In this document: positions 56,828 through 64,000 of the stretch, in pieces
How the letters are laid out: each line of letters starts with the position of its first letter
How positions within the stretch are numbered: the stretch's first letter is position 1
Source of the DNA: a bacterium
Lineage (GTDB): Bacteria > Patescibacteriota > Minisyncoccia > UBA6257 > 02-FULL-45-10c
Reading direction: 5' to 3'
Length of the DNA: 64,000 nt
NCBI GenBank assembly: GCA_021786945.1
Contig: JAJYMK010000001.1
Span: 794 to 64,793, forward strand
Position numbers and translations under genes: made by a program
Notes under the pieces: generated by a model
Seen by the model: only the letters and a program-made list of their open reading frames with translations
The model's database searches: none
Told to the model about the DNA's origin: nothing

Positions 56828-58009
56828 ATGTTTTTAGAAAGACAATCACAAAGTCAGGTTGGTTATTACGAACGGCTCCTAAAGGCCGTTGGTTCGTTGT
56901 CGAATCTTTTCTCAGAATCTCCGGAACCATATCTTGCATCACGAGCTACGGAAAATTTATTTTGTAAAGCTTTTGAAGCTCAGAATCTTTCTCGTTCAGA
57001 CGCTTCAGCTGATGCGTCTAAGGGAAAAATTGGATTTGGTATAAAAACATTTCTTGAGGGAAATGGTAGAACAATGCAAAAGGTTGCGGAATTTAATAGT
57101 GACCATTTGATGTTTGGCACTCTTCCGCCCGAGGAAAAAGTAAGAAAAATCGCTGAACTTAGAAATGAGCGTATTTTAACCACGAAGCGTATTTTTGGTC
57201 TGGATGATCTTATTTATCATTGTATAACTCGTAAGGTGGGGAAAATTATTGTATACGAAACTCCCGCCCCACTTATAGATATAAACAGCATAAGAGATGT
57301 TAAGGTCACCGCAAGAGGTGCTACGATACAGTTTTCTGATTCTAACGCTGAATATTCATTTAATAATTCAAAAAGCACTCTTTATAAAAGATTTATAACT
57401 CCCGATCGAGTACTTCTTGATGTGCCTGTAAGGATTTTAACAGACCCATTTTCTGCTGTAGAAAAATTAATATCAGAAGCTGGTCTTATCTTTGCTCCAG
57501 TCAAAGTTTTACCGCATGTATTCTTACCACTATACTCTATGAGGGGTGGTGTTAAGCGCGTACCAGAGAAAAGCGGATTGAACCAATGGAATGCAGCCGG
57601 TCGGCCACGCGATCCAAATGAAATATATATTCCAATTCCTGTGTGGATTCACCGTAAATTTGACGGTTTTTTTCCTCCTCGGGATGGAGCATTCGAACTT
57701 ACGCTCCCAGACGGAACCACTATGAGTGCCAAAGTGTGCCAAGATAATTCCAAGGCATTAATGAGTAATCCTAATTCAGCATTGGGTAAATGGTTATTAA
57801 GAGATGTCTTAAATTTGAAAGAAAAAGAGCTTTTGTCATATGATAAACTTCAAACCATTGGCCTTGATACGGTTGTAATTTACAAGGTCGATAATGAACA
57901 TTTTGATATTGATTTTACTCGTGTGGGTTCTTATGAGAAATTTGAAATTGAAAATGGTGAAAATAACGAATCAGAAACCGACACAACCCAAGATCAAGAC
58001 GATGAATAA
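56828..58009 (+). CDS. Putative Type II restriction endonuclease cognate to the C5-MTase (assigned by context).
   Basis: 393-aa ORF, stop-start overlap with the MTase (TAGCATG). No recognisable family motif by eye. The call rests on genomic context. Confidence 0.4.
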   Translation: MFLERQSQSQVGYYERLLKAVGSLSNLFSESPEPYLASRATENLFCKAFEAQNLSRSDASADASKGKIGFGIKTFLEGNGRTMQKVAEFNSDHLMFGTLPPEEKVRKIAELRNERILTTKRIFGLDDLIYHCITRKVGKIIVYETPAPLIDINSIRDVKVTARGATIQFSDSNAEYSFNNSKSTLYKRFITPDRVLLDVPVRILTDPFSAVEKLISEAGLIFAPVKVLPHVFLPLYSMRGGVKRVPEKSGLNQWNAAGRPRDPNEIYIPIPVWIHRKFDGFFPPRDGAFELTLPDGTTMSAKVCQDNSKALMSNPNSALGKWLLRDVLNLKEKELLSYDKLQTIGLDTVVIYKVDNEHFDIDFTRVGSYEKFEIENGENNESETDTTQDQDDE

Positions 58010-58304
58010 ATTATGCACAGAAAAAACTATTGTGCTGTTTTTTGAAAAGTAGTATAATGCAATTAACAATCAAATAGAGTTATGCCTCACGAGGCATCCT
58101 GAAAGGAATTCCAAGTTTAAGAGCTTGCGATTAATTATCACTTTTTGTGGTAATCAATCGCAAGCTCTTTTTTGTTTGATTGTTGCCAGCTCTCTGCCAC
58201 GCCCAATAACGGTCGACATCCAATCTTGTTAATCGACCTCACACTGCCCGAGCTCAAGGGTTCGGGTAATAAAAATATACAAGGGATGTGGGCGTGCCAG
58301 AGAT

Positions 58305-59342
58305 TTGAGAATTAAAAAAAATATGTTTAGTAAATTTCAAGCATTGCCGAGTTACTTCGGCGGAAAAAGAAAACTGGTCAAGCACATTTTTAAGCCGATC
58401 AAAAAGACCGAGGGAATTTTTATTGATGCATTCTTGGGAGGCGGATCAGTGAGTCTCTACGCCAAAGCAAAAGGATACAAAGTTATAAGCAACGACATCG
58501 CCTTCCGGTCAGTGATCATCGGTCGAGCGATTATCGCAAACAATTCCGTCAAACTTGAATCCGAGGATTTAGCGAGATTATTTTTTGAAACAAAACACGA
58601 CAGCTTTATAAAAAAGAATTATTGTCCAAAAGTATTCACCACCAAGATTGCCGAATTTTTAGATAACGCTTTCGCTTCTGCCAACAAAGTGGAAAACGAA
58701 ACAAAACGCTACCTTTTATTGCATTTATTGATTAAGTTTATTCTTTCTTGTCGACAGTTTGGAAAGTTTACACACACCCGGGACACGCTGGATTTGGAAG
58801 CTCGAAAATGGGAGTGGCCACTCCGGTCCAAGTCTCACGCCCCAAAGAATTTGCGGATGATACAGAATCCAATGATGACTTTGGAAAAATTAAAAGACGA
58901 AATTAATCATGGTATTTTTGATAACCATCAAGACAATGAAATACACCAACAGGATGTGTTTGATTTTCTCAAACAAGTTAAAGGTAATGTTGTTTATTTT
59001 GATCCTCCTTATCCTGGCTCTTCTGCCTACGAAGTTGAGTATGGGATTTTAGATAACATTCTCGCCAACAAAAAGCTGGATAATAAACCGAGTGGTTTCT
59101 CCAACAACGATGCTGATGAATTTTTAGAAAAAATGCTTGAGTCGGCAAAACATATTCCACAGTGGATCATCTCGCTCGGACAAAACAAAGAGGATGTCGG
59201 AATGAAGCCAGAAAAACTTTTGGCGATGGTGCAGAAACATCGCAAAGCCGAAGTGCAGATGATGGAACACAAATGGAGTGTGGCCAACGCCGGAGGTCGA
59301 AACCAAAGTAATAACATCGAATACATGATCGTAACTTTATGA
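58305..59342 (+). CDS. DNA N6-adenine methyltransferase, Dam/D12 class (orphan, phage-type).
   Basis: Motif I-like LPSYFGGKRKL and FLGGGSV. Catalytic DPPY (YFDPPYPGSSAY). Confidence 0.85.
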   Translation: MRIKKNMFSKFQALPSYFGGKRKLVKHIFKPIKKTEGIFIDAFLGGGSVSLYAKAKGYKVISNDIAFRSVIIGRAIIANNSVKLESEDLARLFFETKHDSFIKKNYCPKVFTTKIAEFLDNAFASANKVENETKRYLLLHLLIKFILSCRQFGKFTHTRDTLDLEARKWEWPLRSKSHAPKNLRMIQNPMMTLEKLKDEINHGIFDNHQDNEIHQQDVFDFLKQVKGNVVYFDPPYPGSSAYEVEYGILDNILANKKLDNKPSGFSNNDADEFLEKMLESAKHIPQWIISLGQNKEDVGMKPEKLLAMVQKHRKAEVQMMEHKWSVANAGGRNQSNNIEYMIVTL

Positions 59343-60148
59343 AAAAAGAAAAAACCGAAATCAAAATAGTGAAAATAAAAGAGTGCGTTCCGAACTGGTG
59401 GAATCCGAACGAAATGAACGCTCGCCAATTTTCATCACTTAAAAAAGCTTTGACTAAATACGGACAAACCAAACCAATACAAGTGGGAGTCTGGCCGAAC
59501 ATGAAAGTCAAAGACGGCTATGTGATCGTGGGCGGATATCACACTTGGAAAGTGCTTGGCGAACTTGGCGAAGCCGAGATTGAAGCCAATATCCACAATT
59601 TCAAAAATGAGGACGAAGCCAAACTTTATGGGTTAACCGATAACATTCACGGTTCAAACCAACAAATAAAACTCGGCAAGCTCGCCTACGAGTTAACCCA
59701 AAACGGATATTCAATCAAAGACATTGCTCAGAATCTTGGCGAGGAAGATATCAATGTCAAAGATGCCCTCGACTTAGTGAAAGATGAAATAGAAAAGAAA
59801 ATGATTGAGCTTAAAAAAGCCGAGCGAGAAAATACTGTCGTTTTGAATTTCATCGTAGACAAAGACCCAGAAGCATCAGCCGATGAATTTATAAAAGCCG
59901 TAACTGCATTTGCGAAAGCAAAAGGCATAAAGGTCGAGAAAGCAGTCAAAGATATAAATAAGCAAAGAGAAACTATCGCTCTAATGAGTTTCAATGTGAC
60001 CAATCCGCAAAAAGGCGTGATAGATGAAGCGTTAAATACCCTGACAAAAGAAACCAAAATGACCGAGAGTGAGGCGATCGCAGAGGTGTGTAGCCGATTT
60101 ATAAATACACAAAACGGCAACATTCAGCAACAAACCGCAACAAAATGA
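59339..60148 (+). CDS. ParB-like nuclease (ParB/Srx N-terminal) domain protein.
   Basis: KIKECVPNWWNPN...KPIQVGVWPN..DGYVIVGGYHTWKVLGELG parallels ParB-N (I.PNP.QPR... PI.V..... Y.LI.GERR.RAA..LG). 4-nt overlap with the Dam gene. Confidence 0.6.
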   Translation: MKKEKTEIKIVKIKECVPNWWNPNEMNARQFSSLKKALTKYGQTKPIQVGVWPNMKVKDGYVIVGGYHTWKVLGELGEAEIEANIHNFKNEDEAKLYGLTDNIHGSNQQIKLGKLAYELTQNGYSIKDIAQNLGEEDINVKDALDLVKDEIEKKMIELKKAERENTVVLNFIVDKDPEASADEFIKAVTAFAKAKGIKVEKAVKDINKQRETIALMSFNVTNPQKGVIDEALNTLTKETKMTESEAIAEVCSRFINTQNGNIQQQTATK

Positions 60149-60567
60149 ACAAAAAAGTTGATATCAAATGCACCAAGTACCAAGAAGCGATTCGCCTTAA
60201 GTATAACGGCGAGTCTTATCCTGTTATTGCCCGAAAGCTTAAAACTCCGGTATCAACAGTTGAGAAATGGTTTGCTTTTGGCGGTTTGCTTAAGGAGGAA
60301 TACGAAACTTATAGAGATGGACAGAACGAAATCAGAAAAAGCCAAGCCGAGTGGATACTGCACAAAAGCGTTGAGACTGCCTCATCGATGCTCGTTGCCC
60401 TTATGGGGAGTCCCGATGACGGCGTAAAATTTCGTGCGTGCAAAGAGATACTCGACCGTGAACTCGGAAGCCCCAAAGAAACCATCGAACATAAAGGATT
60501 ATATGGAACAGGCCTAAGCTATGAACAAATACTCAGAAAAGCCAGAGAGAGACCACCCGACGGTTAA
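60145..60567 (+). CDS. Putative terminase small subunit (HTH protein preceding TerL).
   Basis: 140 aa. HTH-like YPVIARKLKTPVSTVEKW. Position immediately upstream of, and overlapping, the large terminase gene. Confidence 0.45.
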   Translation: MNKKVDIKCTKYQEAIRLKYNGESYPVIARKLKTPVSTVEKWFAFGGLLKEEYETYRDGQNEIRKSQAEWILHKSVETASSMLVALMGSPDDGVKFRACKEILDRELGSPKETIEHKGLYGTGLSYEQILRKARERPPDG

Positions 60568-62167
60568 AACGCTGGTGGATTTCGTGAATTTTTTCGATGC
60601 TGATCCGAGAGAATTCATCGAGGAATGCCTGTTCATAAAGACGAAAGACCAGCAAACTGTTCCTTTAAAGTTTAATACCGCTCAGTACCTGATTTATAAG
60701 AGAATCAAAGAACTGAAAGCCCAAAACAAACCGATCAGAATGATTATTCTTAAAGCCAGACAAGAGGGCGTGTCCACACTTTGCGAGGGTTTGATATTCG
60801 AACGAACCGCAAGGTTTGAAAACAGCAATTCACTGATTGTCGCTCACGAACCTGAATCGACCGATGCGATATTCTCAATGAGTAAACTGTTCTACGACCT
60901 CCTGCCGTTTGATGTTAAGCCAATGCGACGGTACGACAACAAAAAGCAGATGGTCTTTGAGAATCCGGACGAGAAAGGCCGAACCAATAATCCCGGACTG
61001 CGAAGCCGAATGGTTATATCAACCGCCGACAAGACAAAAATCGGTAGAGGTTTGACCATCCATAACTTCCACGGTTCAGAGGTAGCCTTTTGGAAAAATG
61101 CCAAAGCTTTGATGCTCTCAGTACTGCAATCAATTCCGAGCTTACCGAACACTGCCGTCTTTCTCGAATCAACTGCCAACGGTTTCGGTGGTGACGGCGA
61201 ATACTTCTACCAAATGGTACAAGATGCTCTGGCTGGCAAAAACGAATTCGAGCTTATATTCCTACCATGGCACTTGATGCCCGAATATAGCCAACCATTC
61301 GCAAGCGATGCCGACAAAAAGAAGTTTGCCGAAACATTGGACGAATATGAGAAAGAATTGAGAGCAAAAGAAAACCTGACCTATGAGCAATTGAAATGGC
61401 GTAGATGGGCAATCCAAAACCTCTGCGGTGGCGACACGGATAAATTCAAACAAGAATATCCTGCCACTATCGAGGAATCATTCGTTGCCTCAAGTAAAGC
61501 TGTAATTCCGAAGCAGTACATCGAAGCTCAAAGTAAATTCGTCAGACAACCGATAAGAAAACTGGACGACATCCTGATATACGAGGAACCCAACCTGAGA
61601 CATTTCTACAGTCTGGGTGCTGATCCAGCCGAGGGTATCGGACAAGACGATTCGGCGATCACGATCATAGACAAGATGACCGGACGAGAAGTCGGAAGTT
61701 ACATCGGGCAAATCCAACCGGACTTATTTGCCAAGAAAATCAGACAATCAGCCGAACTGTTCAACGATGCTCTGGCAGTAATCGAAATAAACAATCACGG
61801 ACTGGCGGTAATCAACGCTCTCAAGACTGAATACTCAAACATTTACCAACGAACAGTCTTTGACAAAGTCACCAACACCAAGAGAAAAGAGCTTGGCTGG
61901 AAAACCAGCCAAACAACCAAACCTCTGATGGTCGATGACTTCATAGCCGGATTGCGTGACGATGACATCGGTTTGTCGAGTCAATCAACCGTAAGCCAAA
62001 TGATGACATTCGTTCACACCAGTGAAAGCAGTAAGTACGGTATGGGAGCGGAAACTGGACAGAAAGATGATGCATTAATTTCGGCAATGCTCGCATGGCA
62101 AGGATTAAAAGAATTACCAAGCGAGATGCCAATGACACGCAAAGGTCGAACAATAAAACTTTATTAA
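60521..62167 (+). CDS. Terminase large subunit (ATPase + RNase-H-like nuclease).
   Basis: Deviant Walker A KARQEGVST. Walker B/coupling region TIHNFHGSEVAFW. Motif III FLESTANG. Nuclease Asp cluster LGADPAEGIGQDDSAITII. Confidence 0.75.
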   Translation: MNKYSEKPERDHPTVKTLVDFVNFFDADPREFIEECLFIKTKDQQTVPLKFNTAQYLIYKRIKELKAQNKPIRMIILKARQEGVSTLCEGLIFERTARFENSNSLIVAHEPESTDAIFSMSKLFYDLLPFDVKPMRRYDNKKQMVFENPDEKGRTNNPGLRSRMVISTADKTKIGRGLTIHNFHGSEVAFWKNAKALMLSVLQSIPSLPNTAVFLESTANGFGGDGEYFYQMVQDALAGKNEFELIFLPWHLMPEYSQPFASDADKKKFAETLDEYEKELRAKENLTYEQLKWRRWAIQNLCGGDTDKFKQEYPATIEESFVASSKAVIPKQYIEAQSKFVRQPIRKLDDILIYEEPNLRHFYSLGADPAEGIGQDDSAITIIDKMTGREVGSYIGQIQPDLFAKKIRQSAELFNDALAVIEINNHGLAVINALKTEYSNIYQRTVFDKVTNTKRKELGWKTSQTTKPLMVDDFIAGLRDDDIGLSSQSTVSQMMTFVHTSESSKYGMGAETGQKDDALISAMLAWQGLKELPSEMPMTRKGRTIKLY

Positions 62168-62169
62168 AT

Positions 62170-64000
62170 ATGGCAAATACAAAAGAACTACAAAAATTCA
62201 ATAGTGAGTACGATGAAGCCAAGAAAAACTTCTTGTACTACTACAAGCCCGAATTTGATCGGGGTTATAAACTGTTTTCCTCTTACAACGGTGATCGTGC
62301 CGAGCAATTGGAAAAAACAATTGACGGCGAGATCTGGCAGTCAAATGTTTTTATTCCTCAAGTATTTTCATACATCAAAACCTTTTTACAAAAGACAGTC
62401 GGCATAACACCTGACTTCAAGCTCGAGGGTAAAAACAATGAAGCCTTGAAAGACCTTGTGCTGTGGCTTTGGGAGATTGGCATGAGTGACGACTTAGTCG
62501 ACTTCTTCCTGCAAGTATTTATCTGCGGAACTACAATCGGAAAAGACTTCCTCAGAAAAGAAACCAAGAAAAAGAGACAAAAAGAAATCGGTATCATCGA
62601 CAAGATCAAGAAGCTGGTATTCAAGACTGCAACATCCAAGATCGTCTTCCGACCAGACTTTGACCCTGTGGATATTTATAACTTCTATCCACATCCGAGA
62701 ATGAAAAAGATTGCCGATCCATTCCCAGTATTCCATCGCTATGTGCTGACACTGGATGAAATGAAAGCTCAATATCCGGATGTGAACGAAAGTGTGTGGA
62801 AACAATTCCTAAACACTGACGGCGAAGTGGCAAAGTCCGGTGGCGATATCACAGACTATGCTTATGTGCGAAAAGAAGTCTTGATACAACTTAGAAAGAG
62901 TTTGAGAGAAACAACTAAGGCGACAAGTCCGATTGAGGGTAACCCAAACAATCCGGTCCAAATGCCAACGACCAGTGAGAAGTTATTTGAAGTCGTTGAA
63001 AGATGGATTGATGACAGGTTTACTGTATTCCTGCCGATGGACGGCACACCAATAGAAATAAAAGACGGTGACAATCCGTACGACCACGAACAGAAACCTT
63101 ATTCCAGAACTGGATTCTTCCCAAGACCGTTCTCGTTTTACTGGCTCGGTATTCCAAAACTTGTTGACCATTTGCAAGAACTTCTCAACTCCGTAACCAA
63201 CCAAAGAGTCGATGCGGTGACAATGAAAATTCACAGCATGATTGCGGCCGCACCGGTGGCTCTACCCGGATACAAGCAATCAACCATAACAGTCAAACCA
63301 CTCGGAATCTTATGGACTAATGATCCAAACTCAGTCAAAGAACTTAAATTCGGCGATGTTAACTCTTCGGCTTTCGTAGAGCCTGACCACATCAAAGAAG
63401 CTATGAGAATTGCTGTGGGAATAGACGAATTCACCACTACGGCCGGTGTGGACAGAAAAGAAACTGCGACCGTTGCCTCGTTTATGCGAGAAGCAACACT
63501 TGAGGGTGTGAAGTTATTCCTGATCATGCTTCGCAATTCTTACATCATGCACTTTGACCACTGGATCAGCATGATAAAGCAATTCTGGACAAAGAAGTCT
63601 GTAATGCCCGATAAGGCCGTAGCAATTCTGACCAGACACGGACTTATAACCGAAGCAGACGAAAGCGTAAATGGATTGTTTGACGATGAGTACGAGATGT
63701 CCCTCGAATCAACATCATCACTGGCCACATCTTCCGAGCTTAAGAAAGCAAAAGATTTGGAATTATGGGGATTGATTAAAGATGTGAACGAATTAACTGA
63801 TGCCGAAACTGGAACGGTGTATTCAATCAAGAAATTTAAAATATTAATGAAGCTTTTTGAGGATTACGGCTGGGAGCCGACAAACTACATCACCGAACAG
63901 AAACAACCTCCGATCGTACCGACAGATCAAGGTTCAGAAATACCAGCCGGTGAAGCACCTGCCGTTGACCCAAACGAACCCCCAGCACCAGCACTTCCCG
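62170..64000 (+). CDS. Portal-like phage structural protein, 3'-partial (continues beyond the window).
   Basis: Open frame from ATG 62170 to the window end (spot-translated at 63001 and 63961 without stops). The first gene after TerL and longer than 610 aa. The call is mainly by position. Confidence 0.4.
   Translation, partial: MANTKELQKFNSEYDEAKKNFLYYYKPEFDRGYKLFSSYNGDRAEQLEKTIDGEIWQSNVFIPQVFSYIKTFLQKTVGITPDFKLEGKNNEALKDLVLWLWEIGMSDDLVDFFLQVFICGTTIGKDFLRKETKKKRQKEIGIIDKIKKLVFKTATSKIVFRPDFDPVDIYNFYPHPRMKKIADPFPVFHRYVLTLDEMKAQYPDVNESVWKQFLNTDGEVAKSGGDITDYAYVRKEVLIQLRKSLRETTKATSPIEGNPNNPVQMPTTSEKLFEVVERWIDDRFTVFLPMDGTPIEIKDGDNPYDHEQKPYSRTGFFPRPFSFYWLGIPKLVDHLQELLNSVTNQRVDAVTMKIHSMIAAAPVALPGYKQSTITVKPLGILWTNDPNSVKELKFGDVNSSAFVEPDHIKEAMRIAVGIDEFTTTAGVDRKETATVASFMREATLEGVKLFLIMLRNSYIMHFDHWISMIKQFWTKKSVMPDKAVAILTRHGLITEADESVNGLFDDEYEMSLESTSSLATSSELKKAKDLELWGLIKDVNELTDAETGTVYSIKKFKILMKLFEDYGWEPTNYITEQKQPPIVPTDQGSEIPAGEAPAVDPNEPPAPALP

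Larger units (their letters stand above)
43221..64000. mobile_element. Integrated temperate-phage-like element (prophage or phage-derived island) inserted at tRNA-Ser. The right end lies beyond the window.
   Basis: Large serine recombinase overlapping the tRNA 3' half. Divergent CI(S24)/Cro pair with operators. Replication wHTH. R-M and Dam/ParB genes. TerS-TerL-portal order at the right edge. GC content visibly higher (about 40-45%) than in the chromosomal part (about 30%). Confidence 0.8.

Overview
AT-rich bacterial chromosome segment, visually about 30% GC in most genes. It shows many traits common in reduced CPR/Patescibacteria-type genomes, but that affiliation is an inference, not a lineage call. 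Short forms of AspRS (468 aa), ValRS (741 aa) and IF-2 (484 aa) are present. There are runs of GT4 glycosyltransferases, and small 'selfish' genes (four-helix-bundle, GxxExxY, GIY-YIG) sit between housekeeping genes. There are three blocks. (1) 1-14.6 kb is a minus-strand envelope-glycan locus. It holds six GT4 enzymes, a DPM1-like GT2, a split GT-C (PMT/ArnT-like) membrane transferase, a SAM methyltransferase, and a C-terminally truncated UDP-glucose-dehydrogenase-like gene. It ends next to a 1087-aa secreted Ser/Thr/Ala/Gly-rich protein with a peptidoglycan-binding module. That protein is a candidate O-glycosylated surface/S-layer-like protein. (2) 15-43 kb is housekeeping. It holds clpB preceded by a perfect CIRCE operator, htrA, iscS, rpmA, ctpA, thpR, def-fmt, a processive GT2, a P-type ATPase, a T-box leader in front of aspS, tsaD, valS, a PrsW-like protease, hsp20, patatin, infB-rbfA, and tRNA-Glu, tRNA-Leu, tRNA-Cys and tRNA-Ser. 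(3) From tRNA-Ser at 43221 to the window end (at least 20.8 kb) lies a higher-GC integrated phage-like element. It carries a large serine recombinase overlapping the tRNA 3' half, a CI/Cro-type switch with palindromic operators, and a replication-type wHTH protein. A minus-strand cargo block follows: a P1B metal ATPase with a DKTKT variant motif, two DsbA-like proteins, a transglutaminase-like protease, SufS, RadC/JAB and Fic. Then come a C5-MTase with an adjacent putative restriction enzyme, an orphan Dam MTase, a ParB-like nuclease-domain protein, TerS, TerL and a partial portal-like ORF. Sequence-level oddities: a heptamer (TACGAAT/ATTCGTA) iterated at 10-bp phasing in many promoter regions; an inverted-repeat-flanked GIY-YIG mini-cassette with a solo copy of the same IR pair in front of infB; and a structured GC-rich leader upstream of the giant surface-protein gene.
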